A program made the position numbers and the translations under genes. This document shows, in pieces, positions 1 to 9,279 of a stretch of 64,000 nt of DNA (positions are counted from its first letter, which is position 1; the number at the start of each line of letters is the position of its first letter). Under the pieces are notes generated by a model. It worked only from the letters and a program-made list of their open reading frames with translations. It made no database searches and was not told where the DNA came from. Source of the stretch: a candidate division WWE3 bacterium UBA1379 (GTDB lineage Bacteria > Patescibacteriota > WWE3 > UBA101185 > UBA10185); contig DBRB01000016.1 in assembly GCA_002305475.1 (NCBI GenBank), forward strand, positions 14,002 to 78,001, in the 5' to 3' direction.

Positions 1-1640
1 GAATAATCGGATTTAGCTTTCTCAAATGCCTCCATATCAAATACTGCAGCAGTATCAGGTCTTAAGGTCTCCCATAAATTGGCAACCGGTACTAAAGACT
101 TAGATAGGTAATATGCAAATTTTGATGCATATTTAGCTGAAGACAGAAAACTGCTGAGAGATCGGTATGCATCTTTCTTACCTAGAAGATAAAATCCACC
201 TCTCAGTCTGGAAAAAGGCTTTTCACTTTTTACAAAATGCTGATAGGCTTCATCGGAACTTGATCTTGCTTTATCGGGATTAAACTGCTGAAGATAGGTA
301 GGGACTTCAAAAATTGCTGAGGAAGCTGCAGATAGATTTCTATATACCTGTATTCCAGGAATAGCCGCAAACATAATAAATGCAAATATCAGAATTGCCA
401 GACCGGGCAGAACATATTTCTGCACTTTGGGGTTAACTGCAAAATGGGGAAGTTTTAGTTTAAATAAAACCGGAAGATGTATTTTTCTTTGGGAAACGGC
501 TTTTGGTAAATTCACTGTTGTTGGCTGATATATCTGAGAATCCTGCGTAGTAAGGGCTGGGGCCGGTTGATTTATCTCTGCAAGGGAGGTCATCTGCTCG
601 GGCATGGTCGCTTTCATTTTTTCTTTCTTCTTTTCCTCTATCAGTTTTGCCGGCTTAAAACTGTACGTATTAGTTTCATAACCCAGCCACGACAGGGTTT
701 GGATAATCCCATCCTTGAAAGGTACTTTCGGCTGCCAATCCAGATCTTTTAATGTTGCAATATCGGGGAAAACTTTTTTAAGCTGAATATGATTTGGTTT
801 TGATTCAAAAAGCAATTTTATTTCTCTGTTTGCCAGGCTCTTGAACAAGAATGCAATTTCCAGAGTAGAATACGGCTCCAGATTGATTAATGAAAAGATC
901 TTTCCCTTTGTATTATCACCGAAAATGCATTTAATAATTCCCGAAACAGCATCCGTGATATACAAATAATAATCTTTTTCCGTACCTTCTCCGTAAATAA
1001 CCAGATCCCGATTATTTTTCATACTGTCCAGCAATCTACCCAAATCCCCGCTTGTTTCCAGATCCATTTTAGGACCGTATATTTCAGGAAAACGGGCAAT
1101 TCTCACATCCGTTCCATATTTTTTGTAGTATTCCCATACTAAAGCTTCTGCATATCTTTTTGCTTCCGTGATGGAATACTTACCCTCCTCCATTGATGTT
1201 TTTCCAAAATACTGCTGAAGATCCAACTGAGACATCATACCCTGGTAGACATAGATTGATGAGGCCAGAACAAACTTGGCATCACTTCTTTTAGCCAAAT
1301 CCAACAGATTTTTAGTTCCGACAGCATTGGTAAGCAGGGAATCCAGACCAACTTCGTATTCATGCTCTTCCAGACTAGCGATATGGAAAATATAGTCCAC
1401 ACTTTCAATTTCTTGCGGAAGCCCGGTATTTATATCTACATCAAACAAAGCAAACTTGGGGTTTTTCAAAAGGTGATCAACAAAAATACGTTTACCGGAA
1501 CGGAAATTATCCAAAACGATTACTCTACTACCCTTTAAAAGCAGTGTTTCAACCAGATGTGAACCTATGAATCCGGCACCTCCTGCGATAAGCACAGTAG
1601 GAGTTAAGACAGATTTTTTAATAACATTTTTTTTCGTCAT
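1..1640 (-). CDS. NAD-dependent epimerase/dehydratase (extended SDR) domain fused to a linker, TM helix and extracytoplasmic helical region (DUF4012-like architecture); runs off the window edge
   Basis: Not in the ORF track. Manual translation from ATG 1640: MTKKNVIKKSVLTPTVLIAGGAGFIGSHLVETLL..IVLDNF..NAVGTKNLLDLAK..RIARFPEIYGP, then TM segment YVLPGLAILIFAFIMFAAIPGI; frame open to base 1. Confidence 0.85.
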   Translation of the reverse strand, partial: MTKKNVIKKSVLTPTVLIAGGAGFIGSHLVETLLLKGSRVIVLDNFRSGKRIFVDHLLKNPKFALFDVDINTGLPQEIESVDYIFHIASLEEHEYEVGLDSLLTNAVGTKNLLDLAKRSDAKFVLASSIYVYQGMMSQLDLQQYFGKTSMEEGKYSITEAKRYAEALVWEYYKKYGTDVRIARFPEIYGPKMDLETSGDLGRLLDSMKNNRDLVIYGEGTEKDYYLYITDAVSGIIKCIFGDNTKGKIFSLINLEPYSTLEIAFLFKSLANREIKLLFESKPNHIQLKKVFPDIATLKDLDWQPKVPFKDGIIQTLSWLGYETNTYSFKPAKLIEEKKKEKMKATMPEQMTSLAEINQPAPALTTQDSQIYQPTTVNLPKAVSQRKIHLPVLFKLKLPHFAVNPKVQKYVLPGLAILIFAFIMFAAIPGIQVYRNLSAASSAIFEVPTYLQQFNPDKARSSSDEAYQHFVKSEKPFSRLRGGFYLLGKKDAYRSLSSFLSSAKYASKFAYYLSKSLVPVANLWETLRPDTAAVFDMEAFEKAKSDY

Positions 1641-1772
1641 TCGGGCAGTTTTCCTCTCTATAAGTATATTTTTTTATAGAAAAATTTACAAGGATATGTT
1701 TATCGTAAAGCCTTTCTTGATTGTAAAAATGGACAAACAACAGTAAAATCCTTGTAGGAGGTCCGCCCGTTT

Positions 1773-2390
1773 ATGGAACTTAAGGAAATCATCAATACAG
1801 TATCAAAATATTTAAAACTGATCACCGCAATAGCACTAATAGGAGGCCTAGTAGGCACAGCATTATATTATGCTCTTCCAAAAAAATACTATGCATCAGG
1901 ATCGCTGGTAATATTCAGAACCATAGAAAACGGGGAAGGGCGCTATTTTACTTATGAAGGTTACTACGGACAACAAACCGCTCAGGCTTTCACCAATACC
2001 GTGGCAGGACTTTTGGAAAGTCTGGAAATAAAAAGAATTGCCTTGGAGGAAAAAGACATGCCGGTTAACGAACAGACAATACGAAAAGTATCCAGAATGA
2101 TCAGAATAAAAAAAGCATCTCCTCAAATTATTACCGTAATCACAACAGGATATACATCTGATGAAGCACTGCAGCTGTGGAACTCCGTTGCAGACAATAC
2201 TATAGGCAAAGCCAATGAAATAAATAAAACGGGGGACCCGAATCTGCAAATAGCAAAAATTGACCGTCCGGTTGTTAAGGAACAATTCTCCAATCTTTGG
2301 ATAAATACCCTCACGGGAATCTCACTTGGTCTTGTGGGCGGAATTATTTTGAGTTTTTTTATTAATTATTTAAAGGATCAGAAAAAATGA
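1773..2390 (+). CDS. Wzz/CapA-like polysaccharide chain-length determinant
   Basis: MELKEII.. start, N- and C-terminal TM helices, P-x-x-Y-x-A-S motif after TM1; SD AGGAGG upstream. Confidence 0.75.
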   Translation: MELKEIINTVSKYLKLITAIALIGGLVGTALYYALPKKYYASGSLVIFRTIENGEGRYFTYEGYYGQQTAQAFTNTVAGLLESLEIKRIALEEKDMPVNEQTIRKVSRMIRIKKASPQIITVITTGYTSDEALQLWNSVADNTIGKANEINKTGDPNLQIAKIDRPVVKEQFSNLWINTLTGISLGLVGGIILSFFINYLKDQKK

Positions 2391-2788
2391 ATTTATATAC
2401 AGACGGAGGTTCGCGGGGAAATCCGGGACCGGCTGCAATAGGAGTGGTCATAAAAGACGATAAAGGAATAAATGTTTTTGAGATGGCAAAATACATCGGC
2501 AACGGAACTAATAACGAAGCTGAGTATACGGCGCTTGAGGAAGGTTTGAGTGAAGCAGTAAAGAGAAACATCACCGAACTAACCTGTTATCTGGACAGTG
2601 AACTGGTGGTCAAACAGCTTAACGGTTTGTACAAAGTGAAAAACGAACGAATTGCCGTACTGTACCAACGGGTAAAAAAACTGACGGAAAATTTTAATTC
2701 GCTAAAATTCATACACGTGCCCAGATCCAAAAACCATGAAGCTGATGCTTTAGTAAATAAGGCTCTTGATGCACGATTAATGAAATGA
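2387..2788 (+). CDS. rnhA: Ribonuclease HI family protein
   Basis: YTDGGSRGNPGPAAIG, TNNEAEY, DSELVVKQLNG, HVPRSKNHEADALVN motifs. Confidence 0.93.
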   Translation: MNLYTDGGSRGNPGPAAIGVVIKDDKGINVFEMAKYIGNGTNNEAEYTALEEGLSEAVKRNITELTCYLDSELVVKQLNGLYKVKNERIAVLYQRVKKLTENFNSLKFIHVPRSKNHEADALVNKALDARLMK

Positions 2789-3663
2789 GAATAAAATCAG
2801 ACAACCCCTGTGCTGAAGCAATCAAAAAAACCATTGCCTACAGAAGTTATTTCAAGTATCCCCTAACTGAGTTTCAGCTGAAAACCGTGCTTATCGGCAA
2901 TCAGAAATTCGGTTATAAACACTTCCATGATGAGCTTGTCAGATTGTTAAAAAAAGGGACGGTAAAATCCCGTAACAAACTATATTACGGTCCGGGGTTT
3001 AAACCGGTAGACTGGCAGAAACGTGCGGATATCTCACGTAGTCATATAAAAACAGCAGAAAATGTCTGCACCTTGTTATCTGTCATCCCCTGGATCAGAC
3101 TGGTAGGAGTCACCGGATCAGTATCCGCATATAACGCAGAAAAAGAGTCAGATGTGGATATATTTATCATAACTGCAAAAAACCGGGTATGGATTACAAG
3201 ATTTTTTGCAGTACTCATTTTAAAAACCATCGGCAAATACCGTACCGATAAGACACCCGGAGGAAAAATCTGTCCCAATATTTTTGTTGACGAAAACAAC
3301 ATGAGTTGGCCAACAGAAAAAAGAAATCTATTTGTTGCTACAGAAATCATTATGATGCATCCGCTGATAAACAAAGACAATACATATTTCAGATTAATTA
3401 AAGCTAACCAATGGATATTTGATTACTACAAAGGATTTAATATCAGCTTCGGCAGTTTAAAAGACCCAAAAACAAATAAGAAAACATCAGGACTAGTCGG
3501 AAGTATGGAAAACATTCTGCGAATTTTGCAAAAAAAATACATGAAGAGTAAAAAAACTACGGAAGTAACTAACAAAGGTGTTATACATTTTAATCGAGAG
3601 GACTGGACGGAAAAAATATTGGAAAGATATGAAGACAATCTGAAGAAATTCTTAGGTAAATAA
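2785..3663 (+). CDS. Pol-beta superfamily nucleotidyltransferase-domain protein with N-terminal winged-helix-like region
   Basis: GVTGSVS..ESDVDIFII (GS-x-DxD) motif; overlaps the rnhA stop. Confidence 0.65.
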   Translation: MRIKSDNPCAEAIKKTIAYRSYFKYPLTEFQLKTVLIGNQKFGYKHFHDELVRLLKKGTVKSRNKLYYGPGFKPVDWQKRADISRSHIKTAENVCTLLSVIPWIRLVGVTGSVSAYNAEKESDVDIFIITAKNRVWITRFFAVLILKTIGKYRTDKTPGGKICPNIFVDENNMSWPTEKRNLFVATEIIMMHPLINKDNTYFRLIKANQWIFDYYKGFNISFGSLKDPKTNKKTSGLVGSMENILRILQKKYMKSKKTTEVTNKGVIHFNREDWTEKILERYEDNLKKFLGK

Positions 3664-3667
3664 ATAC

Positions 3668-3710
3668 GGGCAGACACTAAATAAGTTTTACACTCATCTA
3701 GTATCTGCCC
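3668..3710 (-). terminator. Long stem-loop (19 bp) downstream of the 3720-4139 gene
   Basis: The three A-C mismatches on + become G-U pairs on -; followed by GTATTTATTT on -. Confidence 0.65.
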
Positions 3711-3719
3711 CAAACTGCC

Positions 3720-4139
3720 TTACCATATAAAAGGATTCCATATAGATATAAGCCTCATACTTGAAATGATATCCGGAGGAAAAATTACAGAGTTGAGAGA
3801 ATCGTTGATCCTGATTTCCACACGAATCTTCGCCCAAAATATCAGGAAAGGTATTCTGATTACTCTTACAACTACGTTATCCGGATCCTCAATCCACCTT
3901 TCAAGTGTTTTGAAAGACTCTTTTGTAGATTCTCCTTTCATAAGATTAAGTTGTTTTATTAAAATCTCTAATTTCTCCGAAAAAATAAACAACTCATATT
4001 CAATATCTGGAGTAATATCCCTAACGAGGAAAAATTCAACCATCTTAGTGTCAGGATCCCGGACTACCCTTAAGCGACTCTTAATATGGGGATCCTTAAC
4101 TCCGTCAAACCCATATCTAATAACGTTGATCGTCATCAC
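3720..4139 (-). CDS. Hypothetical protein (paralog of 4180-4587)
   Basis: SD AGGAGG upstream; shares LIFWAKIRV and RLISIWNPF motifs with its neighbour. Confidence 0.65.
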   Translation of the reverse strand: MMTINVIRYGFDGVKDPHIKSRLRVVRDPDTKMVEFFLVRDITPDIEYELFIFSEKLEILIKQLNLMKGESTKESFKTLERWIEDPDNVVVRVIRIPFLIFWAKIRVEIRINDSLNSVIFPPDIISSMRLISIWNPFIW

Positions 4140-4179
4140 ATCCTCCTTCTTTGTACTTCAAGTCTACCTTTTACCGATT

Positions 4180-4587
4180 TCACCTAAAAAAGGGATTTAA
4201 ACATGATACAAATCGTGAAGATAGATCAATACGAACTCCTTTGGCCTTAACAATTACCCTAACTTTCCAAAAAAGAATATAGTATGAAAACTCTACTTTT
4301 AACTCCATATGTTCCAATTTAGCCATCAGTTCTTTACAGAGATCATCCATATGGATATGTTCGTTCTCCAGCAAATCTTCTAACCCAAACAGAGTGATTA
4401 AACTTAACGCATTTCTGCTTTCCAAAAACAGTCGTTGATCTGTAATTATTTTGCCACCTAAAAACACCCGATGTCGTAAATATAAATTAATATTATCTTT
4501 GTTATTGTAGACGGGATCGATAAGGAGGGCGTATTCAGTGTACTGAATATCGTCTTCGCATCCGGATTTATCGGCTTGGTTACTCAC
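4180..4587 (-). CDS. Hypothetical protein (paralog of 3720-4139)
   Basis: SD AAAGGAG before GTG; ILFWKVRV and RFVSCLNPF motifs. Confidence 0.65.
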   Translation of the reverse strand: MSNQADKSGCEDDIQYTEYALLIDPVYNNKDNINLYLRHRVFLGGKIITDQRLFLESRNALSLITLFGLEDLLENEHIHMDDLCKELMAKLEHMELKVEFSYYILFWKVRVIVKAKGVRIDLSSRFVSCLNPFFR

Positions 4588-4657
4588 CTCAGTCTCCTTT
4601 CCTTTTTATATTTGGCTATTTATTGCATAAATATAACACATAAAGTCAATTTACCTC

Positions 4658-4692
4658 TTGACAATCTGGCACTCCATGTACTAGAGTGATAA
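4658..4692 (+). promoter_or_regulatory. Sigma70-type promoter overlapped by a CIRCE (HrcA operator) upstream of hsp20
   Basis: TTGACA 4658-4663; CTGGCACTC-N9-GAGTGATAA at 4666-4692 versus consensus TTAGCACTC-N9-GAGTGCTAA. Confidence 0.8.
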
Positions 4693-4745
4693 TAGGACAG
4701 ATATTAGTAGATAGTTTTTTAATCTTAAACAAGGAGGTGATAAGT

Positions 4746-5186
4746 ATGGCACTAGTAAGATGGAACAGACCGGTACCGTCAATGTGGAGGTCTTTCTTTG
4801 ATGATGACAATTGGCCTATGTTAGCCAATTGGCCGGATTTATCAACTTCTTCCGGTTTAGATATATATGAAACCGACAATGATGTCGTGGTGGAGGCTCA
4901 GGTTCCTGGAATAAAAGAAGACGATGTTAATGTTCAGATTGAAGGTAATGTATTGACCATTACCGCTGAACATCAGGAAACTGAAGAAGAAAAGAAACAG
5001 AAAAAAACTGTATACAAAAGTACAAGACAGACATCATTCTCTTACTCCACCAGCTTACCCCGCATGGTTGACGCATCAAAAGCAGAAGCCGATGTGGAAA
5101 ACGGCGTTGTGCGTGTGACCATACCAAAAACCGAAGAAGAAAAACCTAAAAAGGTTGAAGTTAAAAAAAGAGTAGCGGTGAAGTAA
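4746..5186 (+). CDS. Hsp20/alpha-crystallin small heat-shock protein
   Basis: LDIYETD..VPGI..GNVLTI..ENGVVRVTIPK; SD AAGGAGGTGA supports ATG 4746 rather than 4686. Confidence 0.95.
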   Translation: MALVRWNRPVPSMWRSFFDDDNWPMLANWPDLSTSSGLDIYETDNDVVVEAQVPGIKEDDVNVQIEGNVLTITAEHQETEEEKKQKKTVYKSTRQTSFSYSTSLPRMVDASKAEADVENGVVRVTIPKTEEEKPKKVEVKKRVAVK

Positions 5187-5220
5187 CACACGTAGAAAAT
5201 TCTGAATTAAAGAGAATATA

Positions 5221-5244
5221 AAAGGGCGGCTAACTGCCGCCCTT
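5221..5244. terminator. Bidirectional intrinsic terminator between hsp20 and groEL
   Basis: AAGGGCGGC-taact-GCCGCCCTT hairpin flanked by A/T runs. Confidence 0.8.
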
Positions 5245-5271
5245 GTTAATTTTCATTATCAAACTACGCTC

Positions 5272-6924
5272 TTACATCATTCCGTCCATACCGCCCATTC
5301 CTGCTCCTGCACCCATTCCCGGTGTTTCTTCTTTCTTAGGAGCTTCCGTGACCAGGGAATCCGTAGTAAGAATCATAATTGCCACGGAAACCGCATTCTG
5401 CAGAGCACTTCTGGTTACTTTCGCCGGATCTATAATCCCTTCTTTGACCATATCTCCGTATTTCATGGTAATCACATTAAAACCAAGGTTCGGGTTGTTC
5501 TCTTCCGCTGCTCGGCGTTCAATTTCACCTAGCACTTTTCCTGCATCCTCACCGGAATTTTCAATCAGCACCCTGGCAGGTCTTTCCAGAGCATTTAATA
5601 ATATCTTTGCTCCGGTAGCTTCTTCACCTTCCAGCTTCAAAGAATCTTCCAAAGATTTCTTCACTCTTAATAATGCCACTTCACCACCTGGAACAATACC
5701 TTCCTCAACCGCAGCTTTTGTAGCATTCACAGCATCCTCAACTCTTAATTTCTTTTCTTTTAGTTCTGTTTCGGTTGCCGCACCAACATTAATAACTGCT
5801 ACACCACCGCTGAGTTTGGCCAAGCGTTCTTTCAGCTTATCTTTATCATAATCTGATGTTGTTTGTTCGATCTGGGCCTCAATTTGATGAATTCTGGCTT
5901 TTATTCTGTCTTCGGCGCCCTTTCCTCCTACGATAGTTGTATTGTCCTTATCGGAAATGACTCTTTCAGCTCTTCCCAGATCTTCCACTCTAACGGAATC
6001 CAGTTTTCTACCTACTTTTTCACTGATTAATGTTGCACCGGTTAATACGGCAATATCTTCCAGCATGGCATCTCTTCGATCTCCAAACCCGGGAGCTTTT
6101 ACTGCCAGAACATTAAATGTTCCTCTCAGTTTGTTAAGAACTAAAGTGGCAAGAGCTTCCCCGTCTACATCTTCCGAAATAATGACCAGATTCTTGGAAA
6201 CTTTCACAAAGTTTTCCAGCATCGGTAGAAGTTCCTGAAGATTGGAGACTTTGGCATCAGTGACCAGAAGATAAGGATCTTCAATCACTGCTTCCATTTT
6301 ATCGGGGTTTGTTACAAAGTAAGCTGATGCATAACCTTTATCAAACTGCATACCTTCCTTGTATTCCAGATCAATTTCAAATCCTTTGGATTCATCCACG
6401 GTAATCACACCTCTGTCGCCGACTTTTTCCATCGCTTCAGCTATCAGTTTTCCGATTTCTTCGTTCTGAGCAGAAATGGTAGCAATCTGGGCTTTTTCCT
6501 CCTTACCGGAAATCGGTTTTGCTAATTTCTGTATCTCTTCAACTGCTGCCTGCAGAGCTTTCTCCATTCCCTTTCGTACAATCATCGGGTTTGCTCCTGC
6601 AGAAATGTTCTTTAAACCTTCATCAACTATAGCCTGAGCCAGTACGGTAGCAGTTGTAGTACCATCCCCGGCAATATCATTGGTTTTAGATGCTGCATCT
6701 TTTACCAACTGAGCACCCATATTTTCAAACTTATCTTCCAGTTCAATTTCTTTGGCTACAGTTACTCCGTCATGGACCACCTGAGGTGCACCCCAGGATT
6801 TATCCAATGCGACATTACGTCCGCGCGGACCAAGAGTAGTAGCTACTGCACGCGCCAGTTTATCAACACCGGCTTTTAGTTTTGTTCTGGCGGCATCGCC
6901 ATAAATTACATTTTTTGCTGCCAT
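5272..6924 (-). CDS. groL: Chaperonin GroEL
   Basis: [24 protein letters not shown]-like C-terminal tail; SD AGGAG supports start 6924 (MAAKNVIYG). Confidence 0.98.
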   Translation of the reverse strand: MAAKNVIYGDAARTKLKAGVDKLARAVATTLGPRGRNVALDKSWGAPQVVHDGVTVAKEIELEDKFENMGAQLVKDAASKTNDIAGDGTTTATVLAQAIVDEGLKNISAGANPMIVRKGMEKALQAAVEEIQKLAKPISGKEEKAQIATISAQNEEIGKLIAEAMEKVGDRGVITVDESKGFEIDLEYKEGMQFDKGYASAYFVTNPDKMEAVIEDPYLLVTDAKVSNLQELLPMLENFVKVSKNLVIISEDVDGEALATLVLNKLRGTFNVLAVKAPGFGDRRDAMLEDIAVLTGATLISEKVGRKLDSVRVEDLGRAERVISDKDNTTIVGGKGAEDRIKARIHQIEAQIEQTTSDYDKDKLKERLAKLSGGVAVINVGAATETELKEKKLRVEDAVNATKAAVEEGIVPGGEVALLRVKKSLEDSLKLEGEEATGAKILLNALERPARVLIENSGEDAGKVLGEIERRAAEENNPNLGFNVITMKYGDMVKEGIIDPAKVTRSALQNAVSVAIMILTTDSLVTEAPKKEETPGMGAGAGMGGMDGMM

Positions 6925-7027
6925 ATGTTTTATTCTCCTAGGCGCCATAAACTCCATTTTGCGGATGTTATTAAGCGCATAAATTTAATATTAATTATAA
7001 ATATAAATACAAAAACAAGTGTAAATA

Positions 7028-7318
7028 TTACCCTTCAATTACTGCTAATATATCTTCTTCCCGAACCAAAAGCATATCCTTACCTTCCACTTTAACTTCA
7101 GTTCCTCCCCATTTTTTATACATCACAACATCACCGACTTTAACGGATAGTTCAATCTTTTTGCCGTCTTCAACCTTTCCGGGTCCGACAGCCAGAATTT
7201 TACCTTCCTGTGGTTTTTCCTTTGCGGTGTCTGGAATAACTATGCCGCTTGGAGTAGTAGTTTCTTTTTGAAGTGGTTCAATTAATACGTAATCTGAAAG
7301 AGGTTTAATTGACTTCAT
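7028..7318 (-). CDS. groS: Co-chaperonin GroES
   Basis: [38 protein letters not shown]. Confidence 0.98.
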   Translation of the reverse strand: MKSIKPLSDYVLIEPLQKETTTPSGIVIPDTAKEKPQEGKILAVGPGKVEDGKKIELSVKVGDVVMYKKWGGTEVKVEGKDMLLVREEDILAVIEG

Positions 7319-7374
7319 ATCTACCTCCCTAATCTAATATTAAATAAATACTAATTTAAATTGGCGTTAGTAAT

Positions 7375-7401
7375 GTAGCACTCTCTAATTGAGAGTGTCA
7401 A
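7375..7401 (-). promoter_or_regulatory. CIRCE operator embedded in the groES promoter
   Basis: Minus strand TTGACACTC-TCAATTAGA-GAGTGCTAC; TTGACA doubles as -35, with TACATT 18 bp later. Confidence 0.88.
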
Positions 7402-7417
7402 TAGGTGACTGCCCGTA

Positions 7418-9235
7418 CTATTCAATAAATTTAGCGTAAATTCTCTGTTTACCGACTCCAAGGTTTTCCTGTTTATATAATTTAACCGGTTTCAACTCTT
7501 TAGTATTTGATACATGTGGACCTCCGCAAAACTCCTTGCTGAATGCACTAAACAGATCATCACCGATATAATATACACTGACATCACTTCCGTACTTGTC
7601 ACCAAAAAAATGCAAAGCTCCCGTTCTTTCGGCTTCTTCCTTAGACAGTACTATGGAGGATACAGGAAGACTTTCCGAAATCTTTTCATTAATAATTTCT
7701 TCAACCTCGTTAATTTCTTCTTCGGTTAATTTTTTTGGATGACTGAAATCAAAACGCAGACGTTCATTGGTAATATTACTTCCCTGCTGGGATACATGAT
7801 CACCTAAAACACTGCGAAGAGCCTGATGAAGAAGATGTGTGGTTGTGTGATATTTGATAACTGTATCGGTATGTTCCGCCAGTCCTCCCTTGAATTTTGT
7901 TTCAGCACCGCTTCGGGATCCTTCCTTGTGTTCTGTAAACAATTTTTCAAAAACTGTATTAAATTCCTGCTCATTTATGGATATTTTCTTTTCCTTGATA
8001 TCCTCCAAAAAGATTTCCGCCGGGTAACCGAAAGACTGGTAAAATTCAAAAGCAAGATTTGCCAATTCATCAATTGTGTAAGTATCCTTTGTTAATTTTT
8101 TCTCCAGTTCTTTCTGCCCTTTTTCCAGAGTTTTTCTGAAACGATCCTCCTCCAAAGCAAATACTCTTTCAATCTCCTGTCGTTTTGTTTCTAGCTGCGG
8201 ATACAGCCAGCTGAATGTTTCCGTCACTTTTTTCACCAGTCTGATTGACAGATCCTTTTCAAATCCCAGTGATCTTCCCGCTCTGGTCATTCTTCTAAGG
8301 AGTCTTCTTAGGATATATCCCTGATCCTTATTGGAAGGGGAAACTCCATCCATAGCCAGAAAAGTAGAAGCTCTCATATGATCAGCTAGTATTCTCATTG
8401 ATTTCTCAATTTCCAAATCCTCTGTGTATTTTCTACCGCTGATATTTTCTATCTCCTGAATAATCGGATAAAAATTATCCGTCAGGAAAATATCTTTTTT
8501 ACCCTGAACAACCAAAGCTAGTCTTTCCAGACCACCGCCGAAATCAACGTTTTTCTGCACCAGTTCTTCCCATCCGGTTTCGGTTTTTCTGTACTGCATG
8601 AAAACTGAGTTTCCGATCTCAAGAAATTCACCTTCATTATCCTCAGGGTTTTTTCTTATACCGCTGCCGTCACCAAGGTAATAAAAGATTTCACTGTCAG
8701 GACCACCTAACTCCCCTACCTTATCTCCACGCTTCCACCAGTTGGATTTCTTTCCATAGGCGAATATTCTTTCACCCTCTTTTGCTTCTATTCCGTATTT
8801 CTTAAAAACCTCTTTTAATATTTGAATGGATTCTTCATCCTTAGGGGCACTTTCATCCCCGGCAAATACAGTTGCAAATAGTTTTTCCGGACTTAATCCT
8901 AAAACTTCAATCAGGAATTCATAAACCCAGGGGAGCTGTTCTTTTTTGAAATAGTCACCCAGACTCCAATTCCCGATCATATGAAAAGCAATAGTATGTG
9001 TACTGTCACCCACCTCATCAATATCTTCAAAGCGTAAAGAACGTTGAACATTCACCAGTCTTTTGCCTGACGGATGGGGTTGTCCCGATAAATAAGGAAC
9101 TAGAGGAAACATACCGGAATTAACAAACAAAAGAGTTGGATCATTTTCCGGAACCAGGGACACATTAGGTATAAGAACATGACCCCTGTCCTCATAAAAT
9201 TTTATGAACTTTTCCAATACCTCTTTTGATGACAT
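7418..9235 (-). CDS. alaS: Alanine--tRNA ligase (short form lacking the C-Ala domain)
   Basis: DPTLLFVNSGM, GNWSLGDYFK, DFGGGLERL, HTTTHLLH and EFCGGPHV editing motifs; 605 aa. Confidence 0.96.
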   Translation of the reverse strand: MSSKEVLEKFIKFYEDRGHVLIPNVSLVPENDPTLLFVNSGMFPLVPYLSGQPHPSGKRLVNVQRSLRFEDIDEVGDSTHTIAFHMIGNWSLGDYFKKEQLPWVYEFLIEVLGLSPEKLFATVFAGDESAPKDEESIQILKEVFKKYGIEAKEGERIFAYGKKSNWWKRGDKVGELGGPDSEIFYYLGDGSGIRKNPEDNEGEFLEIGNSVFMQYRKTETGWEELVQKNVDFGGGLERLALVVQGKKDIFLTDNFYPIIQEIENISGRKYTEDLEIEKSMRILADHMRASTFLAMDGVSPSNKDQGYILRRLLRRMTRAGRSLGFEKDLSIRLVKKVTETFSWLYPQLETKRQEIERVFALEEDRFRKTLEKGQKELEKKLTKDTYTIDELANLAFEFYQSFGYPAEIFLEDIKEKKISINEQEFNTVFEKLFTEHKEGSRSGAETKFKGGLAEHTDTVIKYHTTTHLLHQALRSVLGDHVSQQGSNITNERLRFDFSHPKKLTEEEINEVEEIINEKISESLPVSSIVLSKEEAERTGALHFFGDKYGSDVSVYYIGDDLFSAFSKEFCGGPHVSNTKELKPVKLYKQENLGVGKQRIYAKFIE

Positions 9236-9279
9236 AAAGACCTATTAACCTTTATGGGATTATACTACGCACAGTAAAA

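Noticed and set aside
3766-4200. 144-aa + strand ORF
   Set aside because: Ser/Ile-rich shadow of the minus-strand paralog pair, which has SD sites and shared motifs
5243-6238. Long + strand ORFs (202 aa and 98 aa) opposite groEL
   Set aside because: Antisense shadows of a conserved gene; no SD and no recognisable motifs
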